Source: Octopus sinensis (lineage: Eukaryota). From it: a DNA stretch of 64,000 nucleotides. Where the stretch lies: NCBI RefSeq assembly GCF_006345805.1, contig NW_021835141.1:34750-98749 (forward strand). Direction: 5' to 3'. The notes under the pieces were generated by a model that was given only the letters and a program-made list of their open reading frames with translations, had not been told where the DNA came from and did not search any database. Of the stretch, positions 51,970 to 63,949 are shown piece after piece; within the stretch, counting starts at the first letter, position 1; each line of letters opens with the position of its first letter. The position numbers were made by a program, and so were the translations under genes.

Positions 51970-52235
51970 ATCATTGCCAACACTACCATCACAACCCCTT
52001 AGGAATCTTCTAGAAGGCGCTTCAATCCAGTCGAACGATTTTCTGAACAATATCAGACAATACAACTCTGCATTTCAAATGACATCGTTTGGTGAATCTA
52101 AGAAGATAGAATAACATGAATTTACGCCGACGTCAAAGTTCAAGGGCAAGTCTATGCCATCATTCGTACTGTGGTACCCGCGATGAACAACCACAGTTCC
52201 TCCAAATTTGCTCTATGAGTGATGTAGGACAATAA
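51970..52235 (+). mobile_element. Helitron fragment (paralogous copy)
   Basis: Near-identical to 17725-17995. Confidence 0.65.
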
Positions 52236-52495
52236 ACCCGACGTGAGGTGTCAAAATTTCCGATGATGGGTCGTGTTAGACACAGCGCACACTGCAGCAA
52301 AGGAGAGTATATCCACTGACAGATTTTCGGTGCGTTCAAATATCACACAAACCCCACCTCCAATTTTGCATGACAGGTTAGGGCCTGAAATACTCCAAAC
52401 GGACGCATAGCATGTTGCTTAGTCGAATTAGACCAGCATTTACTCTACAAATGTTTTGTTGTCAATGTTGCACATTCCCATATCACCTGTTTCAA

Positions 52496-53023
52496 AGATG
52501 GAACATCTTAGAGAATGACATCTGCAAATGTAGAAAGGTCGGGACACTAAAACATATTCTTTCCAACTGTTCATTAGCATTGAACAGGTACACATGGAGG
52601 CACAACTTGGTCCTTAAGGTTATCTTCAATGCTATAAAAACCAAATTCATCTCAACAACACTGAGGAAAAACCGTTAAAAGTACCATCAAGAGATTTCAT
52701 TACCATCGTGCGACCAGGTCAGCGGATCCGTTTCAAGAAAAAGATCAAGAAACATCCTGAGAGAAATTAAAAGTGGAACGGCTATTGAGAGGTAACTGCA
52801 GATTTACCTGGGTGCCAGGTTTTCTTTCCCATCCTACTTCCGAAAAAACCAGATATTTTGATGTGGTGTGAAAGAAAGAAAGTTGTAAATATAGTCGATC
52901 TAACAGTTCCTCATGAAGGTAATATGGACGCCGCTCGGCTCGAAAATTGAACCGTTATGAAAACCTTGAGGAATGTGAAGACGTAGGCTGGAAAGTGGAA
53001 CATTTTCCTATCGAAATCGGATG
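52496..53023 (+). mobile_element. HERO-like RLE non-LTR retrotransposon, 5'-truncated, left part
   Basis: CKCRKVGTLKHILSNC...YTWRHN zinc knuckle; PDILMW...DLTVPHE...FPIEIG restriction-like endonuclease. Confidence 0.8.
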
Positions 53024-53214
53024 GAGACGCATGTTTCTTAATAATGTCGCTTATTATGCAGTGTACAATGTTAAAATTTTATGTCTGTTACAGTTAAATT
53101 CGATTATTATAATTTGAAAAAAGGGACTATTTATTGCTTGTTTTGAAGCAAATTTGTTTTAATTCCCTCTTGCGGGGGGAAACGTTTTACTTTATTTATT
53201 AGTGTTTTTACACA

Positions 53215-54486
53215 ATGGAAGGTACTGTCGCGCGTAGGGAGAGTGTATCTCCAGTGCCAGTACCAGTAAGGATTCTGTAGTGAGCAGAAGGATATTAGAA
53301 GAGCCAATAAGGAGCTTTGCGGCTGCCGCCGGAGGAAACTCAAGGAAAATTGATACAACCAATTTGAAGGCAAACCGAGAGCTGTTAACAAAAGAAGGGA
53401 CCGAAATAAAGGTGGTCCCTCCTCATAGCATCATTAAAGATGCACTCGAAAGGACTGTAATTTTCAAAACATATAATGTTGAAAAGAAAAAAATTAACTA
53501 TGTCAATGACAGAAGTGAGAAAAATATTTAAGGCCAGGCAATTGGAATAACATCACATTTTGGCCAGAGGAAAAAGATATGCAACTGTTGAAGTGAGGAT
53601 GTCAACAGTGGAACAGGCGCAAAAGTATTCTGTGGAGCCGCTGCGAACGGATGAGGTAGTACTGTTGCCATTTTATATGGGGGGGAGAACCTCCCGAATA
53701 AAGATATAACTGTGTACCACCGGAGGCGGACGCCGAATGGCTAGTAGCGGCAGTACTGTATGACCTAGAGGAAGAAATCACACTGCTTCTTTCTGCGGAA
53801 GTAACAGAAGACAAAGTCTGGCTTGGCCAAACAATAAAAATGCTGATCCAAGCAGAGCCTATGACCCTAGAAAAAATTCCAGAGGTCATAGATACAATGG
53901 GTACGAAGTTAGAAGTCATGGTGGAAGGTAGAAAACCCAGATGTTTTAAATGTGGAAAGAAGGGCCATGTTAGGTCCGAATGCAAGAGTGGTGAAGAAAA
54001 GAAAAAGAGGAGAACAACATTGAAGAAGACTCGGAAGATGAAACTACAGAGAATGGGAAAACAGAAGAAGAAAGTACAGAAGAAGAAAATGAGAGCGGAA
54101 ATAAAGAAGAGGCGGAATGGAAGAGAGCTGGTAGCAAAAGAAATTAAAGAGAAATGTTAATCATTGGCAAAATGCAAACTCAAAGAAGGCATGAAAAAGC
54201 CAAAAATCAAAACAAAAGAAATACGAGAAAAAGAAGTTCTATATATGGCGGTTCGAACCTCAAACTCGAGATTAATGAGTCAAATACAATTTAAAAACTA
54301 AAAAGAACTGGATGCAAAAACGTTAAAGACGGTTTCGAAGTCTACCACGTAGAGAGAACGTCTTACAACGTTCTAGCAAATGACTATCGGAGTGATGTTG
54401 GCTTAATTAAAACGACTCCACGAGCCCGAGAAAAAGAAAAAGAGGCGGACCCACCTCCGCCTTTTAGCGAAGACACAAGAAATTGA
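53215..54486 (+). pseudogene. Tx1/L1 ORF1 (frameshifted)
   Basis: CFKCGKKGHVRSEC CCHC knuckle followed by an acidic/basic tail. Confidence 0.7.
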
Positions 54487-54496
54487 GGTAAGACTT

Positions 54497-57400
54497 ATGG
54501 CAGTTCACGTTGGATGTTTAAATGTGCGTGGCCTGACGGCGGGATGGAAGCAAGGTCGCTTCTTAAACGACGTCATGTCACATAATTTGGATGTCATTGT
54601 TGCTACTGAAACCCGGTTAAAGGGATCAAGAGGACTGCTCCCACTCCTGGATGGATACGAGAAATTTATTTCTCCAGGTCCACCGGCGGATGGGTGGGGG
54701 TGTTGTTGGTCCTACTAAAAAGAAACCGGGTTTCAGAGAAGAAGTTAATTTTTTGTGACCCAGAGGGTAGGCTGGTCGTCTTCGACCTGACTTTAAGTTG
54801 CGGTAAGAAAATCAGACTGGTGGCAATTTACCCCCCTACAATTGTCAGTCTGAGTATTTCCGAGACCTAGAGAAGTTTCTTGGTACGGCGTACCCATTAG
54901 TTTTGTTAGGTGACTTTAATGTTATTCAAGATGCGCGCGTGGATAATGTTGGCTCGAACCCAAATAGAATACCTAATGCCGGTTTCCGGGATCTACTAAG
55001 TCGCTTTCAGCTAGTAGATCCATACAGACTTGAATTCCCGAAAACCCCAATGTGGACATGGTTAAGTGGTGACGGGTCTTTTAAGTCCTATATAGATAGG
55101 ATTCTAATTAGAGAAACAGATAGACCCATAGCTAAGTGTCCACAATTCCACTTGGTCAGCTACAGTGATCATAAATTGGTCACTTGTAAGCTGAACCTAG
55201 ATAAGTTACAGAGTAGAGGATCCGGTTACTAGAAACTCAATAAGTCCCATTTGGCGAACGAAGAGTACAGAAGCCGGATTAAGTTACTGATACAGAGTGC
55301 TTTAACTGGTACCATCATTAATAATAAATGGTGGTACGCCCTCAAAAGAGCCATTAAATTTGAGTCTGTTAGATATAGCATAGGTTTAGTGGCGAGAGAG
55401 CGTAAGAGAGAACTAGAACTGGTTAAGGAATTAGAGGAAGCAGTGTTGACTGGTAGTGCTGCTGAGGCGAAGGCTAAGAGACTGGAATTAAACCAGCACC
55501 TCGAGGCCAAACACAGGGGATGGATTAAGGGGTAGACTTCGTGCAAAGGGAAGTGAGGGGCTCAATGCCGCTGGATGGGCTCGGGTGATGGAAACCCAAT
55601 GTGGAAATAATTCCACAATTCGATCTGTGGAGAACCTACAAGGCGAGATTGTGAACGAACCCGATGAGATGTGTCAGGCTTTTCAGGAGCACTTTGTACA
55701 GCTTTTCGGGAGGGGCAATGGACCGGATGGTAGGTTGGACCTTTCGGACTTCCTTGCCGGGCTGCCGCCTCTCTCGGGGCAGGATGCTGAGTGCTGTGAG
55801 GGTCCGATAACACCTGAGTGTAGGGTAGCTATTATAACGTAAAGCTGGTAGGAGCCGGTGACTTGATGGTTTGCCTTATGAATGTATAAAAGTATGCCAG
55901 ACTTCTTTGGGAAAATTCTGGACAGGGTTTACGCTAACTGCAGCAGAATGGGTCGATTCCCAGATCTGTACGCAGGGGAGTGGTGACTCTGGTCAGGAAG
56001 GACCTAAACAAGGGAGATAAGATAGACAACTTTAGGCCCATCACTCTGTTAAACGCAGAGGTGAAGATTTTGGCCAAGGTACTAGCAAAAAGATTGGGGC
56101 GGGTCGCGAATACTCTGATCGGCAAGGCACAAACCTGTGCCGTCGCCGGCAGAAGCATTCAGGACAATCTCCATCTATACGCTATACCTTAGAAGGGTTT
56201 GGTAGTGATTCTGGCAAAAGCATTCGATAGGGTTGACCATCGATACCTGGTGTCCGTGCTAGCACAGTTCGGGCTGGGTCTTGGCTTCCTTAGGTGGATA
56301 ATCCAATTATACGACAACATCGATTCGATCGTTCGGGTGAACGGATTTTCTTTCTAGGCCGTTCTCTGTTAAGCGCTCGGTTCGCCAAGGATGTCCGCTT
56401 TCGCCACTTTTGTATGTGATGGCTCTAGAGCCGTAACTGCGAAAATTGAGCGGCATCCCGAGGGGCGGCTGTTGGAGAGTCGGTTTCAGCATATGCGGAT
56501 GACATCACCATTTTTGTAACCAAGATGGAACACCTACAGAGGGTAAGTGAAACCATTAAGGTTTACGAGACGGTAGCAGGAGCAAAGATTAACCGGGAAA
56601 AGTCAGTCGGCTTGCAACTCGGCACCTGGAGGAGAAAGTCGATGCCTTTGGATAGCGTCGTGGGACGTTGGACGGAGGGCCCGGTTAGCTGTTAGGGGTA
56701 TGGTTTGGACCAGACCTCCAGGTAGAAAAGAACTGGGCAGAGGTATTGAGCAAGGTGACCTGCATAGTCAAGACCTGGTCTTGGCGGTGGCTATCCTTGA
56801 AAGGGAGGGCGGAGGTATCGCATCGGTCATCATTTACCGCCTAACCGTCGTGCCCTGTCCCGGTTCGTGGTTGAGCAAGCTGGAGAAGCAGATCTTCCGC
56901 TTTTTGTGGAAGGGCACCACTCCTCTAGTGAGGCGTTCTCTCTGTGCTGCCAAAAGCCGTTGAATGGAGGACTGGGGATGCCTTGGCTGTTGATGCGCAA
57001 ACATGCGCTGAGGTTGAGGCATCTCTGGCTACTCCTCAATGGTTAACAGGTGTGGTCTCCGCACGCGAAACGGATGTTTCCCAGGTTCACAAGTTTTAGT
57101 GGACAAGAAAGCTGGTTCCTTCGTAGAACGAGGTTGGGTACATGGTTTACGGAGTGCTGTAAAGCACTCCTACAGTCCATCGCTCGGGTAATGCTAGCGG
57201 TTTTGGTACCACCACATTTTTCTATAGCAGGTTGGTAGAGGCTGGGAACGACGATACCCTAGAGGAAACCCTAGGTCTCGGAGATAACCAGTTAGACAGT
57301 CTGTTCCGAAGGACGTTTGGGCTGGGGTGTTTGGATAATTTCCAAAAGTCCCTGGCCTGGCAATGTTACTGAGGAGCCTTACCCGTTCGGGATAAGCTCG

Positions 57401-57828
57401 CAGGACACGGTCGAACCACCACTGCCGACTGTCCAAGATGCAGACGGGATAGGGAAACTGTCCTGCACGCTATTGTTCAGTGTCCGGAAGTGTCTGAAGT
57501 GTGGGTTTATGCAGAACATCTGCTGTCAGATTCGGGAAGAGTACAGCTGTCGTCTGAGTCAATCGTAAAAATTGACCCGCCGGATTTCCTCACGAAAGAA
57601 GGTAAGCAATGTTTTCTCGCAGTAGTAGCAATAGCGAAAGAGGTGGTATGGAAGTCGCGAATGAAAGGTTGGCGACAGGCACCTTATCTCCGGTCTCGGG
57701 TTGGTGAGATATTTATCTTCCTCCTTAAAAGGAAGGTGGGGCTGGAAAGTAGATGCCTGTCAAAGAAAATGTTCAAAGAAAGATGGTTGCATGTTGCGAG
57801 GATGCTGGGAATGAAAGATTCCTCATGA
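54497..57828 (+). pseudogene. Tx1/L1 ORF2: APE endonuclease, RT, zinc finger (frameshifted)
   Basis: LNVRGL, ETRL, LGDFN, IDRIL, SDHK; [29 protein letters not shown]; CPRC...H...C. Confidence 0.9.
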
Positions 57829-58068
57829 ACATGTCATAAGTCTGCATACAAATGTTTCAGTAGGAGAATGGGGCTCGTGGGGTCGGAGCGTAAGCCATCT
57901 CTCTGCTTCATCTCATCTCACGTGTGTATTTCGTCCTTGTTGTATCTCATTCGATTTCATTCGATTTCATTATATTTGTAAAATTTTAAGAGTCATATAA
58001 TCATTGTGTGTCTGACCCCAATCAGCTGTATTGCCCCCCTCTATGTTTGGGCCCATTTGGCTAATAAA

Positions 58069-58420
58069 GAAATTGGATGTAGAGGGTTTGTTGGACACAG
58101 CGTGAGACGACTGTTGTTATCGCTAGGCCTAACTCATCGTAAAGTCAATACCATCATGACTGATATCCAATCTACAGTGGAGAAGGCTAGCCACTGGATT
58201 TGGTTAAAAAGAGACGATGAGCGATGGCTAAAGTATATTGAGTTCTTCATAACCAGCTGATCTAGCAAGCGGAGCCTCATATCAGTGAGGCATTGATTGC
58301 CGTCGAGAGGTAGGCCCCGAAACGGCGCGCAATCTCTCCTGATGACCCCATACACTTGCTAGCTTCCGGTATACGGAGCTTTTAACTGGTAGCACTTGCA
58401 TGTGCAAGTTGTTTGCAAGA
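58069..58420 (+). mobile_element. HERO-like element right part: ORF end and structured 3' UTR
   Basis: EIGCRGFVG...VEKASHWIWLKR continues the endonuclease broken at 53023; stop at 58260. Confidence 0.85.
58262..58362 (+). ncRNA. Permuted hammerhead-like ribozyme candidate
   Basis: GCCGTC 58299-58304 pairs with GAAACGGC 58319-58326; GAGAG 58305-58309 pairs with CTCTC 58334-58338, followed by CTGATGA; closed by CTAGCAAG/CTTGCTAG. Confidence 0.6.
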
Positions 58421-60098
58421 CATCTAAGACCTTGTGGTAGGGAACCACTGACAAACCGGAAAGACGGTTAGGCATCTTGGAAAGACAAGAGGACTGCTCG
58501 GAAAGACGAGCGGACAATAGGAAAGACTATCGACACCAGGAAAGACTGGTGGAGGCTGCGGACTTACGATCCTCGCCTTTGTTATATATTGTAACAGATA
58601 TGAATGGATATGACTGCCCCACGATCGACCGAGAGGGGAGAATCGAGAATCAATCAAACCGGTCAGCACGGAAATGACCTTGGAAATGAGTGCGGTTATT
58701 CATTCGAACAGCGAACGAAATGCAAACAACTTTGGATGCAAGCTGTGCTGTAGAACCTTTGCAACTGTGAGAGGCTTGAAGATACATCAGGGAAAGACTT
58801 GTGAGAAGAGGACAGAGCAGTGTGGATCGTCAGATCGTAAAACACGTGGCAAATAATCCCCGGACTCAAACCACAGCGGATCGATAAATGCTACAGCAGA
58901 GACATCTTCGCGTGATGAAACTACAATCATAAAACTGGTGTATCGATAATACTACTCAGAGGAAACCGAGGGTTTTGTGGCCTGCTGCTAATGAGAAAGT
59001 GAAATATAAAGAGTTTGAAAACAAGGTTTGTCGGGCTCTTTATAAAATGACAGACTCTACAGTGGAGAAACTGGGCAAATTATCAAGCTCAGTATAGGAT
59101 ATAGGAAAAGATTTATTTGGAATAAAAGAGAATATCCGGCTAGAGAAAGGAAAGTGTGGACCAAGCAGCAGGATCAGAAAAATGCAGCAGTTGAGGAAGG
59201 AAAAGTCCGACTTAAGAAAGCGATGGAGATGTGCTGCACTAGATGAGAAACCTGGCCTTGCGCTACTGTATAACGATTTGAAGAGGAAATGTCGTTATGT
59301 GCAACGACATATCCGCCGATATGAGCGTCGAAAAGAAAGTAAAAGGACTCGGGGTCAGTTTCTGAAGGACCCTTACGGGTTTACTAAGAAGCTATTCACT
59401 GAACCGTAGAGTGGCACTTTATCGTGCACTAAAGAAGAATTGGATGCTCATATCAAGGATACCTACAAGGCAAGATCTTTATGGGAATTCTGTCGAGGAG
59501 AACAGTGGCATATTTACACAAATTACTAATAACAGCCATGGACCACTTCCACATTCCAGACAAAGTGATCAAAATAATGAGGATGTACTATGACAGTTTC
59601 GAAATGAGATTTACGACTGGAAATTTTACAACAAATTGGCACCGATTGGAAGTTGGCATTGCTGCTGGCTGTACGATATCTGTCACGTGGTTTATCTTAG
59701 TCATGGAGTTGATTTTGGAAGGTGTAGATTTTTCGGAACAAATCGCCCATGTACAATTGCCTAAGAAAGCCTTCATGGATGACGTGACACTTCTAGCTAC
59801 AGATAAAAAAACATGCAGAATGCCCTCTTGAGATTAGACGAACTTGTAAGTTGGTCAAGGACGCGATTTAGAGCAAAAAAGTCGCGTAGTCTGACATTTG
59901 TTAAGGGAGTGCAGAAGAAGAAGTTTAAGTTTCGATTCTGAAGAAAGCATTCCAACAGTCAAGGAAGAACCGTCAAGAGCTTGGAACGAGTATACGCTGG
60001 AACATTGTCAGACAGAAGTCGTGGGATTGAAATTATGAAACAGGCCGAGGCTGGGTATCAGCGATTGATAATTCGAAGTTTCCAGGTAAATATAAAAT
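58421..60098 (+). mobile_element. Second HERO-like copy: 5' UTR, N-terminal zinc finger, partial RT; internally deleted and 3'-truncated
   Basis: CKLCCRTFATVRGLKIHQGKTC; WPAANE; FLKDPYGFTKKLF; GIAAGCTIS; KAFMDDVT; KKSRSL. Confidence 0.85.
58434..58551 (+). ncRNA. Array of five G-GAAAGA-C hairpins
   Basis: Invariant loop, five different fully paired stems, 19-21 nt period. Confidence 0.8.
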
Positions 60099-61850
60099 TG
60101 ATGTTTGTGACAGCACATAAGATCTCCTCAGCAGGATCAATGACTGTAACAACACTTGTGACCTGACAGGATGTATGGTGGGTAGCATGGATGTGGTATC
60201 CCTATACCCATCGATTGACGTAGATTTTGCGGTGGAGAAGTGCGTGGAGACGATCAACGAGAGCCAGGTGGAGTTCCGTAATGTCAACACAGAAGAACTG
60301 GGCCTCCTACTTAGACTGACATGTAATAATGAATACTTAGATAAGCATAATCTTAGTAGTTTCTGCCCCAGTCGATGTTTAAGAGGTAGACCGCCCACAA
60401 TTACTTCTATGGCTAGGAAGACACATATAGAAAGGTGACGCGGATGGACCAGAGGCATACGGAGCCCTGCAAATGTCCATCAGGTAAAGAAAATGATCGC
60501 ACATGCACTAGGAGCTAGTATAAGAGTTATCCTAAAAGCCACACGTTTAAGTTTAATAATAAAATATATGCCTAGGACGAGGGGGCAGCCATCGGCGTTA
60601 GTATCGCTGGTGATGGGGCCAACCTTTTCATGGTATGGTGGGACAGAGGCTTAAAGAACGCCTAACACAGAACTCCATACTCGTAAACATGTACTCTCGC
60701 TATGTTGATGATATCAACATAGTGGTAAAGGCACCCCCACAAGAGAGTACTCTTGAAAGAGAAATAGAAACTAATACTATGGAGAGTATCCAGCAAATAC
60801 ATAACTCCATCCTCCAGAGTATTAAGGTTACAATAGACTACCCCACTAAACACCCCAACCATAGACTACCAGTGCTAGACACTGAACTCTGGCTAGAAAT
60901 TGTGAATAATAAAACCCAAATCCTTCATTCATACTATGCCAAACTATGGCCTCAAAATACTTGATCCACCGGAACTCAGCCATTGCGGGCAATGCCAAAT
61001 TCAATTTTTGATGGCACCTCGTCAGAATAATGAGAAATGTGTCACGCATGTGCGAGCCTACAGAGTTAAAGAAACACATACGATACGATTTTCATTCACC
61101 GCATGCAGTTCTCAGGTTACAGCCAGAAAGAAAGGATCAGAGTATACAAAGGAGCTATGAAGAAATTTGATAATATATTATGTAATGATAGGATTGGGAT
61201 TTGCCCACTCTATAGAACAAGTCATGGAACACTATAGAAAGGACAAAAAAGAAAATAGGGAAGGCCAACTCTTGGTATGATAACCATAAATACCAGAGTG
61301 TCATGTTCGTTGACACCACCCCTGGAGGTGAACTGGCGTACCGCTTTAGAAGGACCCTAGACAAACTGAAGCTAAGAATTAACGTTGTTGAAAAGCCAGG
61401 CAACCCTATCAAATCTATAATTGGTAGAACCTATCCTTTTAGTAGAACCCCCAGTACGGATAAGTACTGTACTGTATGTAGATTTAGCCCACAAAAAACT
61501 GTAAAGCCAGGAATGTAGTCTATAGTATAAGATGTATAGAGGGACGATGCAGTAACAAGACGACATACGTAGGGGAAACGGCAAGAAGCATAGGAGAGCG
61601 GGTAAATGGACATTGGAGACAACTCAAGGAGGTAAAAGCTCATCGATTCTGTACCAACACGCCGAACAGAAACACGGGGGATCAATCAATAACATACAAA
61701 TTAAAATATTGTCCACACATAGAACAGATGCAACAATTAGACAAATTACAGGAAGCTACACACATAATAGAAAATAAACGTAGCCTGATAGAAAACTAGA
61801 ATGGAGCACTAACACACACCACAACATGTGACGATAGAGGATCCAGAAAA
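60099..61850 (+). mobile_element. 5'-truncated Penelope-like element (RT plus GIY-YIG endonuclease)
   Basis: GSMDVVSLYPSID, GAAIG, YSRYVDD, LPVLD; NVVYSIRC...YVGETARSIGERVNGH. Confidence 0.85.
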
Positions 61851-61911
61851 CAAATAAATACACAGATAAAAAAACAAATATAAATAAATAACTATATATA
61901 TATATATATAA

Positions 61912-61957
<46 letters not shown>

Positions 61958-62497
61958 GTGTGTGTATATATATGTATATATATATTTTTTTTCAATTCGA
62001 TTTATTATTGTATTACTAGTATTGTTGTTATACATACATACATACAAGAATGTGATATGATAATAAGTAGATGTAAACACATGAACAAAATAAGAATAAA
62101 CAAAACAACAACAACAAAAACAAAATACAAATTACATGAACGTATATAAACAGAAGATAGAAATATTACAGGCATCCCCCACATACACACACTATATAAA
62201 CATAGACGCACATAGAGATATAAGCATGCGCAAATGAAAACATACAATAGAAATACAAAAGGCTTACGGTTAGTAAGGAGAGACACAAATAAGAAAGAGA
62301 AATCAAAGGACCACTGATGCGGTCACAGGATTGTGACGAAAGAACTCTGGGCGAAATAAGATTAAGATTAATGTAAAAATAAATAACACTGAAGCAAAAT
62401 AACACCAAATATGTCAATATGACCATTCCGAAATATAACAATATCTGTTTCAACACACGACTTCACATAAAAAATCTTGCACAACAAATATTTAAAC

Positions 62498-62560
<63 letters not shown>

Positions 62561-62815
62561 ATTATGTTTAGGTGTGTGCGCCTGTGTTATTTTATGTGTA
62601 TACGTGTGTGATGGATCGTACGTGTGTGTGTGCTGTATAGGAACATATGTACATGGTTCATGCATACATCCTTACATCCATCCATCCATCCATCGGTATG
62701 TACATACATCCATATATTCATATATACATACGTAGATGCATACATACATGCACGCATACATACATATATAAATACATAAAGACATACATATGTTAACACA
62801 AAATCCATGACTTAC

Positions 62816-62958
62816 CGTTTGCGATTTCTCTTCCATTTTTCCTATTCTTGAATCTTGATGAAGATTGACGATCGTCAGAACGAGAAGAACCCCAAAAGTA
62901 TGAGAGAAGAAATGGAATAACGCTGCGAAATATTCCTGAACTGTTGTGCGAAATCCAT
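62816..62958 (-). CDS. G4 exon 1 (143 nt, one base short)
   Basis: MDFAQQFRNISQRYSISSLI then a missing G relative to paralogs; donor gtaagt intact. Confidence 0.75.
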
Positions 62959-63345
62959 TCTGGTGACAGTTGTCGGTCGTACGTGATACTTCGTGTGGCT
63001 TCAACAAAAGATCGAGATGCGAGGTTTAAGCTGAAGACCTGTAACTGAATTCCACGTATTTATTGAGCGCACAACAACCCAGCTCTGGTATAGATCTTAT
63101 CGTAATTTATGAACCAATGCGATTGGTGGAACTGTTAAAAGTGGGCGTGAACTCGTCTGACAGGTTTAATTATTGGAAAGAGATGGTTTGATATTGTCAC
63201 ACAATAATTAGCAAAATATTTTGATGAATGAGAGACACGTGTAATGTGAAATGATTCCTGTTTCTGGATATATTATGATATATTTATTTACTAATGTTGT
63301 TATTTAATATTCTTTGTTATTCTTGGGAAACTGTTTTAATATTCA

Positions 63346-63818
63346 GGAGTGGCTGTGTGGTAAGAAGCTTGCTTACCAACCACATGGTTCCGGGTTCTGT
63401 CCCACTGCTTGGCATCTTGGGCATGTGTCTTCTGCTGTAGCCTCGGGCCGACCAATGACTTGTGAGTGGAGTTGGTAGACGGTAACTGAAAGAAGCCTGT
63501 CGAATATATGTATATATATATATATATGTATATATATATTATATGTATGTATGTGTGTGTAAATATATGCATATATATATATATATGTATGTAATTTGTG
63601 TAATGTTTTGTGTCAGTGTTTGTCCCCCTACCATCGCTTGACAACCGATGCTGGTGTGCTTACGTCCCCGTCACTTAGACGTTCGGCAAAAGAGATCGAT
63701 AGAATAAGTACTGGGCTTACAAAGAATAAGTCCGGGGTCGATATGCTCGACTAAAGGCGGTGCTCTAGCATGGCCGCAGTCAAATGACTGCAACAAGTAA
63801 AAGAGTTAAGAGTAAAGA
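63346..63818 (+). mobile_element. Full-length tRNA-derived SINE upstream of G4
   Basis: ggagtggctgtgtggtaag...gggttctgtccc head, aagagt-repeat tail; empty site in the other three promoters. Confidence 0.8.
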
Positions 63819-63917
63819 GTGAGAATATTTCGTTCAACCAACAAATACACAGACGCACACACACATACACACACACACACATACACACACACCACACACT
63901 ACTCTCACACACACAAG

Positions 63918-63949
<32 letters not shown>

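Larger units (their letters stand above)
53024..58068 (+). mobile_element. Full-length Tx1/L1-clade LINE with 11-bp TSD
   Basis: TSD GAAAT(C/T)GGATG at 53013-53023 and 58069-58079; ends in AATAAA; ORF1 plus ORF2. Confidence 0.9.

Noticed and set aside
58454-58551. CRISPR-like repeat-spacer array
   Set aside because: Repeat is 8 nt with ~12-nt self-complementary spacers, no cas genes, eukaryotic context; better read as an RNA hairpin array.
63346-63420. tRNA gene (also 3598-3650 and 10410-10490)
   Set aside because: A/B boxes present but no complete cloverleaf; these are SINE heads continuing into family bodies.
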